A stretch of DNA of 64,000 nt. Source: Selaginella moellendorffii (taxonomy: Eukaryota > Plantae > Lycopodiophyta). Position numbers and translations under genes: made by a program. The stretch covers positions 62,001-126,000 of the forward strand of contig NW_003314309.1 of assembly GCF_000143415.4 (NCBI RefSeq), written 5' to 3'. A model generated the notes under the pieces. It saw only the letters and a list, made by a program, of their open reading frames with translations. It had not been told where the DNA came from and did no database searches. Each line of letters opens with the position of its first letter. The first letter of the stretch is position 1. Shown in pieces: positions 22,700-35,544 of the stretch.

Positions 22700-23160
22700 C
22701 CATTTGCCTTGAAAAACCTTGAGGTACTCAGGAAAAATCGCCCTGTACAAGCCAGCGTAGCCTTGGGTGCGAACAATGTGCCTCAGAGCCGGTGTCCATC
22801 TCCGGTCGCCCTCGAGTTAAGTCGATCGGAAACACCGCTGAAAACAGGATCAAGCGTAATCGCTCTTAAGACTCTTACCTGTTGAGGCAGCGATTCGTGC
22901 TACTCCACCGGAGATCAAGCTCGTCACCATCCTACTCGGGCCTGAAAGTAAACATGCAACGCCAGGAGGCCTAAGCTTGTCAAAACTGTGTTTACCAATG
23001 CGATGGTGCTCTGTGCCTGTAAAGCTTTTCCAAAAATTTCTCACACTCTGAAACTAAAAATAATCCAACTTTGAGCCTTCCAGTAGTTGTAGAGAGTGTC
23101 ATACAAGCAGAAGTTTATCGCAATCGTTGGGCCTATGGCAGGAGTCAAGTCTGTGGCATT
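22700..23160 (-). pseudogene. Mitochondrial carrier gene fragment, copy 2
   Basis: Same motifs as copy 1, plus HIVRTQGYAGLYRAIFPEYLKV (carrier helix 6 region). Confidence 0.75.
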
Positions 23161-24539
23161 TGGCAGGGAGGAAAACCAATACCAAAAGTGTCGGTCAGAG
23201 TTCCTTATAAAGGCTAAGAAAGCTCTCCTGTTGATGGATTGTGGAAAGCATGTGATAGATGCGGACACACAGCAACATCTACATGCAAGAGCAAAAAATG
23301 TTGTCTAGGGAACAACCAACAACAAAGATCACAAAGCTCAAGGTGAGGAAATTCAGGAGAAGAGTCAAAAACAAAATCCTGAACATGTAACCACCTTGCA
23401 GGTTCCAGACTGACAATTGTCAAACCAGAGTGTAACGTGAACATGACCCAGCAGGAGCAATCTCCAGCATCTCCATCGCACACAGCAACACCAACACAAC
23501 TAGCTCTCAATGCCGACACCAACAACATGCCGCATCACCGCAAACACCACAGTTGAGAGCATCCCGAGCAGGAGTGACACTGCAAGCCTGAGCTTACACT
23601 GGATCTTAAACTTGGCATTTCTCCAGTCTGTGGACAAAATGCAGTGTCTCCAGTCAACACCATAGATGCCGATACCAGCAGATTTTGCAAGGCTTTTCCA
23701 CAACAAGCAGATGAGCATTTTCATGTGAGACAGAGTCCAATCAACACCATTGTCTACCAGCCCCTAGATGTGAAGCTCACGAAGATCCAGAACCATATTC
23801 TCCAGCTCAAGAGGAGCATTTGAGGTACAACTTTCTAGGGATCTGTATGCACAAAGACTTAGTGCATGAACAAGGAACTCCCCAAGGAGAATGCAAAGCT
23901 TTGCAATGAGATCCAACAGCTCAAGGTGAAGCAGCTGTAGGGATAGGGTGCACTACAATAGAAGAACAAGTTCAAGAATGAGCTCTCTAGAGTCATAGCA
24001 ACAATAAAATAGCTCAATGCCATGGAGAAGTGAGAGCTTCAAGATGAAACTCAATTCAGTTATGGGAGAAAAATGAAGCATAGAAAATCATCTTTATATT
24101 TAGAAACATCATCTTAAGTCTTGAAATTTAAACTTTGAGACTCAAGAACAGGAATGAGTGGCAATTGCCCCATGTAGAACTAATTAAAGGGGTGAGTTAA
24201 GACTCAAACTCTATCCCTTTCTTTTGTACTCTAGCTTTCCATTACTAATGCACGTCCATTTGCTCAAAATCTAAAGTATTCAAGTGATGCAAAGCTTATC
24301 TTTGCTCATGATTTCAACAAAAGCCTTCCTAAGGATTGAAGGACTCACGTCATTCCTTTTTTACTTTTTATATGTTTATTTGTGTCTAGCTGAAGCCAAA
24401 TGCAAAATTAAGTCAAACAAGTGTAGTAATAAGCATCCACTCTACTCTCACCTTCTTTTCTCTTTCACTTTTATTTTCTTTCCTTTTTCTTTCTTTTCTA
24501 GTACAAGCTTTTAGCATACAAATTTTTACCCAAGTTTCT

Positions 24540-25305
24540 AAGAATGGCTTGTTCTGACCTTTAAAGGGATAATTGCAAAATACATGAACTTTCAACATTT
24601 AGATTGGGATGGATATTTACCGTTTCCTTAGTATATGTATATCATGAGGTATAAAGTTCCATTGGTGCTTCACTTTATAAACTTATATATGGTCATTATT
24701 CAATATTGCTAATGGATTTGAGTTTACCTTTGTGATTGCCATAAACTGCCAATACTAAATCTTGGGATCAATATTTGATGAACATTTTTTCACTCATTTG
24801 AGTGGAGTTTATTGAGCACTTAGGCTGTGTATAAGTGGGATAATAATAATACAACAACTTCCATCATTGTCCACTAGTGGAGTACAAAGTGGATGATTTG
24901 GTGTTAATCCATTTTCCCAATGTTACAATATATGGTTTGTCTAAAAGGCTCTTTATTTAGTGGAAGGGACTATATTAAGTGTTGTGGTAAGTTAAATTGC
25001 ATATTTATAAAGTTTGGCAAAACATTCAACAAACTAATCCTCCAGAAATTATACATATGCAATAACTTAAACACTTTGTATAAAGGGGTCAGGCACCATT
25101 TATAAATCTACTAGTGCCTCCTCCTGATATTCCTCTAAATCCTAGCTTGTTAACCTAAAAACCTTAACTACCTTTCATCCTTCTAAAAGAATGTATAACT
25201 ATGATGTTGTATATAAATATTAGTATAATTTTCAGACCACTCACTTCTGTATATAAATTATGATTTTTGGGTTAATTAAGATGCATATTTCTATATGCAC
25301 TAAGA
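24540..25305 (+). mobile_element. Old gypsy integrase/LTR remnant, unit 2
   Basis: Paralog of 7637-8422. Confidence 0.8.
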
Positions 25306-25762
25306 GTGCTACTTAAACTATAAGTGAGGCTAGGAAATAAACCCTTTTAATGGCATCTTTCTCAATATTAGCTCAGGAGAGTAATAAATAACTCAATGAA
25401 GTTATCAGTCTTTATACTTTTTCTTAGTGAAAATCTTATAACTTAATTATTTTATTAATACTATATACTTAATATACATATCTAATCAATATAATTCATT
25501 GAGAGTAGGTATAATATAACTAGTAAATTTTAGAAATATAATAAATTTACTTTTAAATAGGACAGAAAACAAAGTTAAATAGAGAATGGATAAAAGTGAA
25601 AATATAAGTGATAGAGAAGAAACCATTGATATTTTATCCACTTGAAAAGTTCTTCACCAGTTAAGAAATAATAAGCTTAAATAGAATATTAATTATATAG
25701 TATTTTAATTCCTTTAAAAATATAAATATCCTCAATTTTTTTAAGGGGAGAAATTAAGAAGC

Positions 25763-26357
25763 TGTAAGCTTCTGAATTTTGACTTCTGAGGAGGTCACCC
25801 AACCTATTATTATTCAAACCCAAGGATGTTTAACCCAAAATATCCTAAAACTCTTAACCGATTAAAAAAAAAGATACATTTTTATTCATGAGCCCTTTCC
25901 TTTTATATTTGAACCTTATGAACTGTCTTTCAAGTTATTCTTTTTAGTTGCTAAGAATCCACCACATTTCCCTGCAAATTCATGCCCTCATGAATGGAAG
26001 CTAGGAGCCACAGCTTTCCAGAAAGCCTTGCTCTTTTGATACTCTACCCCTCGAGTCGAGCCTAGTCGGAGCAAATTGAACCTGCCAAATATCAATTAAC
26101 ATGTAGTACAATTCACCTAACCAACTAACAGTGTCAAACCTAAGACTTTTTTGATACCAAATGTAACCTCTTGAATTTAAACTTCCCGGGAGAGGTCACC
26201 CAGCCTAGTACTATTCAAACCCAATGACATTTAGCCCTAAATATCCTAAAGCCATTAACTGATTGAAAAAAACAATGCACTTTTATTCATAAGCCTTTTC
26301 TTTCTATATTTGAACTTTATGGACTATCTTTTGAGTCGTTCTGTTTAGTTGCTAACA
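25763..26357 (-). mobile_element. Complete Cassandra-type TRIM (5S-rRNA-containing LTRs)
   Basis: LTRs at 26162-26357 and 25763-25956. On -, the LTR carries AGTACTAGGCTGGGTGACCTCTCCCGGGAAGT (5S C-box region). iMet-type PBS TGGTATCA at ~26152-26159 and PPT-like tract at ~25957. Flanks GAAGC/AAAGC; empty site AAGAAGCATTTGAGG at ~58796-58810. Confidence 0.88.
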
Positions 26358-26699
26358 AAAGCATTTAAGGTTGCCAAATGGTATCACTTAAAAAACAAGC
26401 AAGTATATTTCTAGGGGCAATTTGTAGTGCATGTGGTTTTTACCTTAGTGATTTACTATACGATAATCATGAAGCGGAACCTAAACCCTTTATGTGCCAC
26501 GTGTCATATACCTCATATCTAAAGTACAATGGTGTGGAACCTGAGTTTCAGGGTCTTGGGCCATTGAATAAAAGAACGGTGCAAAACTCTTAGGTAAGAG
26601 CATGGAGCAACTCTTGAATGTACAACTCAAGGAACGAAGGGACAGGAGCACGGAGTGATTTGAAATAGTCCTAGAATATCTAACATCCCAATACTAATT

Positions 26700-26966
26700 T
26701 ACATGATAACAAAACATATGGAGTGAAAAGAAATAAAGATAGTTACGAACCTAGGACATAATTGTGATTAGAGCAACTTGACGGATGTAGCAACTTTTAC
26801 CACCCATGTTTGGACCAGTGATTATTTGCGATCATTCACCCTCACTAGAAAGAACTGTGTCATTTGGTACAAATGCATCTTGCAGAGTCAAATCTAGGAC
26901 CTGCTCACGGAAAGAAACCTCAGTAAAAACATTAAATGACAAGAGCAAAAAAAACAAACCGGATGT
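26700..26966 (-). pseudogene. MSH3: MSH3 internal fragment (Walker A exon region), unit 2
   Basis: Matches ~10200-10462 and encodes [25 protein letters not shown]. Confidence 0.85.
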
Positions 26967-29900
26967 TTTATTAGACAACATTAACCAACCTAAAAAAATA
27001 ACAATACAATTTACTAGAAAGCTTAATTTAGTTTTATTTTATCTTCGATTAAATTTACCAGCACTCAACATTTTCTATGCAAACTTTTACACTATACTAC
27101 TTGATATTGCTAAAAATCCTCAATCATATAATAAATTTTTATTAAAATGAAAGAATTTATTGATAAATTTTAATTATGGAAAATTGTAACAAGCTTCACA
27201 ATTATTAATGTTTGATGTTAAAACTTTATAGGACCAAGTCAAAAAAACATTAGTGACAGAATGTTTACCTTTAACTTCATCTTATTTAAATCCAACAAAG
27301 TATATTTATTGGAAACAATTTCATCCTAACTCCAAAATTTATAACATATTTATTGTTCTATTTTGAATGAAAATGATTATATATATCCTATCAACATTTA
27401 GCAACTAACTGTTATATAATAAAAGTTTAATACAAATTTTTGTTAGTCTGATTTTATTTAAAACTTTTATAAAAAAATTTTAAACTGAAATTTTTTAAAG
27501 TAATTTATAAATGTCTTAAATACTATATTATAATAATATTTACGTTTAATGTTTTACTTTAGAAAAATAAATAACTAGCAATATAAACATATGAATTAAT
27601 CAAGTTTAGATGATCTGATTTAGATTTTTAGGAATTTAAACAATATCTACTAAATTAAAAGCATTAGATTATATAAAAAATAGTTTTACTTATATTTTTT
27701 GACTATTACTGACATTTTAGTTTAAAAGATAAAATAATCTTCAATTTAGACAGTGAATTAAATTAGAAATAACACTATTCTTGCATAGATATAAAGTTAT
27801 TTTTATCCCAAAAAATTAATAGTAAACATTTTTTCTATAAACCCCATACAATGTTTTATTAACAAAATTCGTTTAATTACATTTATTTTAAATTTTTTGA
27901 ATTTAGCTATATCAAGCTATGCATATATTGGATTTTACTTGATTAAGATTTGGTTTTTTCCTTGATGTTGGTTCAAATAAATATATTAGTGACTGTTCAT
28001 TATATAAATGGGAAGAAATTATGATTTGTTATTTAACTTTTTATAACAATAGCTTGAAACATCTTATTACAAAAATTTGAAATATTTATAATAGGATTTG
28101 GATCAGTTAACTCTTTAAATAACAAAGTTCTTTTATAAATAAAATTATTTACCATATAATCTTGAATAATATCTGTGAGTGCATGGAATATGAAAAAGGA
28201 ATACAGAAATGTGCATATCAATTAGCCCAAAAACCCTAGTTTATATACAGGAGCGAGTGGTCCGGATTGAAACCAATCCGACGGCTACCAAAATCCCACT
28301 ACGCTAATATTAGTATACGGCATCGTAGCCATACACGTGGCCCTCACATCATCCCCTCCTCTCGGAATAATGGAAGGCCGTCAAGGTTCTCTTGTAGATG
28401 GGCCGGGATCTGGAGGAATGTCAGGAGGAGGCATCGGTGAATCTATAGACGGTATTAATTGCTCCTGATCCCTTTGTATGAAGCGTTTTAACCGCTGCAC
28501 ATGCACAATCTCCGGAGGATTGACCTGCTGAACGTCATGCCGAACCTCATAAACTTGTGGTCCAACTTGCCGCAACACCCGATATGGTCCTTTCCATTGC
28601 GCAAGGAGCCCTTTAGATAAACCACGTACCGTAAGATGGGGAAAACGGACTAACACCAAATCATCCACTTTGTACTCTGCAGGTGGACGATAATGGGAAT
28701 TGTAGCGCCGTTGTTGTCCCACTTGTACGCGGCCTAAGTGTTCAGTAGACTCTGCTCAGACAAGTGGAAGAATGCTTGTCAAATATTGATCCCATGACCT
28801 AGCATTAGGAGCTTATGGCAATCGCGAAGGTAAACCCAACTCTGTTGGTAATATTGGATCATGACCATATAGAAGTTTATATGGTGAAGCACCAACAGAA
28901 CTCTGCACCCCTGTGACATAGGCATACCGAAGAGACGGCAAATAACCATCCCAATCCGAATGCTGAAAGTTCACATTCTTCGCAATCATCCCTTTGAATG
29001 TCCGAACGAGCCATTCCACCAGACCGTCCGATTGTGGATGATAAGCACTCGTAAAATATGTGGCGTATCCCCAACCGAGATGTTAAAACATGAAATACCT
29101 CAGCCATAAATGCAGGACCATTATCCGAAAGAATCCGCTCTGGACAAGAATGCTGGAATACCACTCGATTGAGGAGGAAGTATCCAACAGCAGTTGCAGA
29201 GGCACTAGCAAGAGCACCAACTTCCACCCAACGAGTCAAGTAGTCAGAAGCAATAATAACATATTCATTGCCAGCAGTCAATCGTGGAAAAGGTCCTATA
29301 AGATCAAACGCCACCAACTCAAATGGACGAGAAACTGCAATTGACTCCAACCGTCCTTCTGCAGCACAAGGGGGAGTATTACGAGCTTGGCACCAAACGC
29401 AGCTACGCACATACCAGATAATATCACGTCGCATCTCTAGCCAATAGAAAGATCTGTGCAGCTTCTCGGTGACATGATGGTGTCCCATATAACCACCTAG
29501 AACAGGAGAATCATGGTAGGCATGGAGAAACCACGGAATAAACACCGAAGGCACCACCAGCCGTAAATGACTATCAGGATCTGTCCCCACAAAATAAAGA
29601 AGGCCATCTTCAAGGCGATATTGAGAATGTAAATGCCGGAAAGGCAAGTCATTAGCAAGTGATGCAGGATTCTCAAACCCATCTCGAAGCCTTCGAATCC
29701 ACGGCTCAATCTTTTGAGCCTCGCGAACCTCATCAAGAGAAGGTAGATCTTGCTCTGCGCCCTGTGGACACTAAACGTTAAGGACAGCAACCGCCAACGG
29801 CACAGAATCCTCATCTAGAAAATCCATAGATGCTGGAATAACAGGTTCGTCAGAAACATGAGAAGTGAGTGGAGAAGGAAGAGGAGCTCGAGAAAGGGCA

Positions 29901-32900
29901 TCAACATCAGCCATAGAACTCCCTGGGCGATGAACAACATCGAAATCATATATCTGAAGCTTCAAAGCCCATTGAGCCATACGACTAACCAGGTTCTTCC
30001 GCTTCAATAATGAAGTAACAGTAGCATGGTCACCTTCAAGTAATGTCCAAGAACCATGTAGATATGCATGAAGTTTCTCGAAACCCCAGACTGCTGCTAA
30101 ACACTCCTTCTCTGTCGTGGAGTAGTTCATCTCCGCTGGTTGTAATGTACGGCTTATGTATGCAATAGGATGGCGCTAACCAGACAGACTCGAGCTCTCT
30201 TGCATCAACACACCTCCAAGACCAATGTCAGAAGCATCCACGCGCAAAATAAAAGGCCGAGTGTAGTCAGGATATGCCAAAACCGGAGGAGTCGTCAATA
30301 GCTCTTTGAGATTCACGAATGCCCACTCACAATCCGGAGACCAGATGAAAGATGACGTTGATGACTTCAGCAACGCTCGCAATGGTGTAGTGTGATCGGA
30401 AAGATGATCCACAAAACGACCGAGATACTACACCTTACCCAAAGAGCGCTGCACATCATTCACACACTTCAGAGTAGGGAACTTTAGAATGGCTACAAGT
30501 TTGTCAGGATCAACTTGCAAACCCTCACGAGAAATACGGTACCCAAGATAAGTTGTGTCCTTGGACCCAAACACGCACTTTGACCGCTTCAGCTTTAAAC
30601 CAACGTCGCGCAGCCGATCCAACACTTTACAAACATCACGAACGTGCTCCTCCCACGTCCCCTCCGAGTGGATCAAGACATCATCAATTAAGTCAGCCGT
30701 CTCCTCCGGCATATCGCAAAGAACCTCGTCCATCATCTGCTGAAAAGTTGCTGGAGCATTGTTCAAGCCAAACGGCATCACCAAGAACTCGTATAGACCA
30801 AATGGTGTACAAAAAGCAGTCTTAGGAATATCTTCTTCGGCCATCGATACTTGCCAATACCCAGAAGCAAGATCTAGCTTGGTGAACCAACGACTTCGCC
30901 CCAGACGATCCAAGAGATCAGCAGTGTGAGGAAGAGGGTACACGTCCGGGATCGTCACTTCATTTAACGGACGATAGTCGATGCAGAAACGAATACTACC
31001 ATCAGGCTTCGTCACAAGATGAGGTTCACATGCCCAAAGAACTCCGCGACTTCCGAATAACACCCTTCTCCAACATCTCCTTGACGTTTGCACGTAAAAT
31101 CTTGATCTCCTTGGGTGACCGACGACGAACAGGAACCTTGATTGGACAAGCATCCCCGGTTGGAATGGGATGGCGTGTGGCAATCTTGGCCCCAGATGAT
31201 AGGTCAAATTCAAAGAGATCAGAATACTCCTTCATGAGCCGGTCAACCACTGCAACACAAAGATCATTGGAGGGATCAGGAAAGGGAAGAGCAGAACAAG
31301 ATGGAAACACAAGAGGAAACAGTGGGGGAACAAAAGTAATGGAAGCAGAGGTAGAAGTAGAGGGACAAAGAGGTACAGAAGTGAGAGGAATGGATGAAAC
31401 ATAAGGAAGTATGAAACAAGGGGGAGAAGCCTCAAAGTCACACTTGGCATGATTGCGCTGCAACCAATCCATACCAAGAATGAGGTCAAAAGCTTGACTC
31501 GGCACCACCCGCAACGACTGCAACTCAAGCTTGAGATCGCCCATACGCACAACCAGGTCCGCCTCATCTCATGCATATGCATGTGTACGGCTATTGCCAT
31601 AAAGAATGAAAATTGGATCCGCCGCACGACGCAAGTGTAGATGACAACGTGTGGCAACAGGTCGAGCAATAGAAGATAAACTCGAACTTGTATCAACCAA
31701 CACGGAGAGAAGAATAGGAGACCTCTTGTTATAAAAACAAGCTTGGAAAGTAAACACTGGATGAACCGGTGCCGAGTGAACCCCTTGATGATACTCCCGA
31801 AAGAAAGATGGAGGGGTCACTAACTTATTCGCGCAAGGTCCCTCCATTACTCGCACGACTCCTCATTTCCCGAATGCACCTTGGTATCCAAACCTTCCAC
31901 CGCAGCAACACTAACGGGACGTTGCTGACGCCAAGGTCTCCACCCAGGAAATGGAGGTCGCCAATTCGGAAAGCGCCGACAACACCGATAAGTATGACCA
32001 ACTTCATCACACGCCCAGCAACGAACATCACGGCCACGACCACGTCCTCGCCCTTGTCCTTGGACTCGAGTAGCAGCAGCATCAACTTCCATGGGAACAG
32101 GACCATCACTCATAGGAAGTGGGGCTGAAGGACGTGTAGCAAGAAGTGGAAGAGGCGACATCTCATAACATTGTGCCAAGTGAAAAGCATCGTCAAGGGT
32201 GGCAGGAGCAAGTGCATGCACAAGTCCGACAAGATCTTGACGAAGTGCTGGTTACAACATTCCTAGCTTGATCCGCTCTGACATATTTGGCTCCGCACGA
32301 AGCAAAAGACTTCGGAAACGAACGCCAAATTGCATCACCGACTCAGATGGCCCTTGGCGAAGACGATGCAATTGTTGGAAGGCATCATCACAATCATCAG
32401 CGTGTCTGAAGGCGCATTTGAAGACGTCCAGAAGAACACTCCAATCGCCACGAGTGGCTGCGCTCAATCCATTGTACCACTGCAATGCCGTCCCTTGGAG
32501 ACATGTGGGGAACTCACGCAAACGTCGAGCATCATCCCAAGAATGATAAGTGACAATCACTGTGAAGTGATCGAACCAATGGTACACATCATCCCCAGGA
32601 CTCCCACGAAAGAACTCCGGCCGAACGCGAGGATTGGCACCAAGAGCAGGAGGAGTTGTACCATGTGCCGTGAACGCCGCCATCAACTGAGTTTGGTTCT
32701 TCAATTGCAAGCGCATAGCATCAAGCAATTGAACCAACTGCTGCTCTAGAGTCAAAGGAGGAGATTGTGGATCGGCCATGAAGATGAATGAAAAAGAAAG
32801 AGCAAAAGAAGATAAATGACAAAAAGCTGGAAAGAAATGGTAGATCTAGACAATGCAAAAAGCTAGATTTAAACCAAAATTCTGAAAGGAAAGAACAAAA

Positions 32901-35165
32901 GAAAGGAAATGGAAAAAGCTAGATCTAAACCGAACTCCCAAATCCAAGCACTCCCCAGGGACAATCAAAGGTGCCCCTCATCTCCACTAATGTGAGTGCA
33001 TGGAATATGGAAAGGGAATACAAAAATGTGCATATCAATTAGCCCAAAAACCCTAGCTTATATACAGGAGCGAGTGGTCCGGATTGAAACCAATCCGACA
33101 GCTACCAAAATCCCATTCCGCTAATATTAGTATACGGCATTGTAGATGTACACTTGGCCCTCACATATCTAATTAAGAATTAATTAAATGTTTATTTTAA
33201 AAAAGACTTCTTGGTTTTCTTTTTCTCCTTTTAGATTAGAGTGTATTTGCAATATTTCTTGTTTTATTTAAATCCTTCTTATTTTTGGTTACCATATCTC
33301 TCTGAAAACTTAAATCATAAAATTATTTTAGAGCTCTGACGCTAACTTCTAATCAAAATCTCCTAATCATACTGCTAAATCTATGCAATTTATTGTTTTA
33401 AGCACTTTAAAAGCCTCTATATTATGAATAAATAATTTACTTTGATGACTTGTTAATGTCTGAATTCCATGATCAATATTTCCATCACGTAACAGCCACA
33501 TATTTTCCTTTATTCGGCACACAACTAAATTTTTTTTAGTAGTTAATTCATCATTTCTACTAGTACTAGTTTTATATATAGTTTCAAAAAAATTCTTAAA
33601 TATATGCATATAATCCTTTAAAATGGCTACTGGCAACTTATAAAAAATGGATGTTGATAAAATGTAAATATAACCATTTTTTATCATTAGATAATGATAT
33701 TTGATCTTCTTGTCTAACCAAATAATAATATGTTGCCTATTTTTTTGGAGTCATCTATCCTAGTATTGGTCAAATATAATTATGGCCATTAAATAAACTA
33801 TTTAAAATTAGAATTTAACTTATATTTTAGAAATAAGAACTAAAATCTTACATTCTATTAGTAGACCTAAATAGATGATCCATAACTATATATGCATTTT
33901 TATAAACTTTGTGACTATATTCCAAGAATCCAGATCCATAGTCTAGGTAAAAGTATTTTCCCATTAGTTTGAAGTCCTGAACAAAATCATAATCCAAGAA
34001 AATCATGAATAAACTATCACACTGCTTCTTTAAACTTAAAAACCTGTTGACCCTTTGGCTTAGAATTATCTTTCCATGGCAGTTCATTCTATAATTGTTT
34101 CAATTCTTCCAAAAATAATGACCAATAAATACTAGGTACTAGGAAGTTTTGGGCCTATAAAAATTATAAATATAAATATTTCATTCTATTTTTTAAACTG
34201 ATACCTGGTATAATCATAATAAGAAATATAAATGAAGGCTTAATTGCTAGAGTTGGTGGTATATTATTATTAATTGCAACAATTGCCTATCATGAATATA
34301 TTTATGCCATTAATTTTATTGGAGAAAGATCATCTGTAGCCATAGTAAGATGTATATCTCTTGGATCTACTGCAAAATTTGGGTAATCATCTTCAAATTT
34401 TTTTTAAGTTGAACCATCTGCAAACATTCTCATTATTCCATTAATGGATCAATGATAAAATGATAAGCTATATATTTTTTTATTTCTCTACATTGAAATT
34501 ATTATTGAAGTCAAGGTATAATAGAGATAAAATAAAAATTAATAATAAATTTAAATAATAAATTAATAAATATTAATTACCTTACAAAATGATCTGTTTC
34601 TTTTCTTAATATTTCAGTAATAACTTGCACCTTAAACACGCCAACAAAATAGAAGCACTTCCCCCTTTATAAATAGGTAATAAATTGTCTTCATTTCCAT
34701 GTAAACAATCTTAAAAATAATTAAATACATTATCATCCTCAATATCATCATTGCCACTACCATTACCATCACTCAAATTAATATAACAATCATATGGAAT
34801 TATAGAGCTTTTATCAATTTAAAACAATTGCTGTACTAAAGTAGTAAATCTGCATAATCTAATCCTTTGAATACCATGTATCATGTGGTGCTAAAGAATG
34901 TTTACCATAAAGACAAATATGATTTATGATAATTTGTATAAGGCAAATGCTTTAAAGAATATGTTACTACAAATTATTTTAGTTGTAAAGGACAACTATA
35001 ATTTCCAACTTAAATTTGAGTAACTATAAAGCTATCACAAATTACAACTGAAAATTTGTAACTAAAGCCAATTTGCTACTAACATTTAAGTTGAGTTGAT
35101 TACAACTTAAATTTCCAACAAACACAAGAATTTTGTTGGAAAAACATATCATTATAATGCTTTTA
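26967..35165 (-). mobile_element. CACTA Tnp2 relic, unit 2, split by the gypsy insertion
   Basis: ORFs 33367-33687 (SIFYKLP..DYMHIFKNFFETI) and 33848-34087 resemble Tnp2 motifs. Colinear with ~14860-17790. Confidence 0.8.
28174..33165 (-). mobile_element. Full-length Ty3/gypsy LTR retrotransposon (Gag-PR-RT-RH-INT), decayed
   Basis: 175-bp TG..CA LTRs at 32991-33165 (5') and 28174-28348 (3'), with about 12 differences by manual count. TSD TATC. PBS at 32971-32990, PPT at ~28351-28363. Gag with CWACDEVGHTYRCC, PR VLVDTS, RT FTKLDLASGYWQV/MPFGLNNAPATFQ/LIDD, RH DASD/NYSTTEKE, INT HHCC, D,D35E and GPY. Several frameshifts; no chromodomain seen. Confidence 0.95.
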
Positions 35166-35544
35166 CGGACTGGCAGAAGTCAAGTCTAAGTCTTGTGTCG
35201 AAATCCACATTCTATCCACTGTGGCCAAAAAATCACCACAAAAAAAAATTGTGCAAAAATCTATGTTATGTAATATAGTTGATAGCCCAGTATACCAATG
35301 GCAAATCCCAAGTCCCCCACTTTATTGACTAGCAAGGCTTTTATCAAGACCCTTTGCTAGTCAATAAAGTCAATAAAGTATTTTTACAATGGTAAATCCC
35401 AAGTCCCCCACTTTATTGACTACCTCAATTGACTCGAAGTCAAGTGTGCCAAGAATTGATTAGCAAATGTGCGTGTAAACTCTTACAAAAAAAAAGAAGA
35501 ACCTCAGCTTTCATGATAGCGTTCACTCTTTGATGTTCTGATCC

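Larger units (their letters stand above)
17683..34984. repeat. Tandem segmental duplication, unit 2 (most of MSH3 deleted; 5-kb gypsy insertion)
   Basis: Colinear near-identity to unit 1. The MSH3 fragment at 26700-26966 joins directly to sequence matching ~14860 of unit 1. Confidence 0.95.

Noticed and set aside
26181-26236. Possible 5S rRNA gene
   Set aside because: Only the central ~55 nt match, and they lie inside LTRs. The 5' and 3' parts of the 120-nt RNA are absent.
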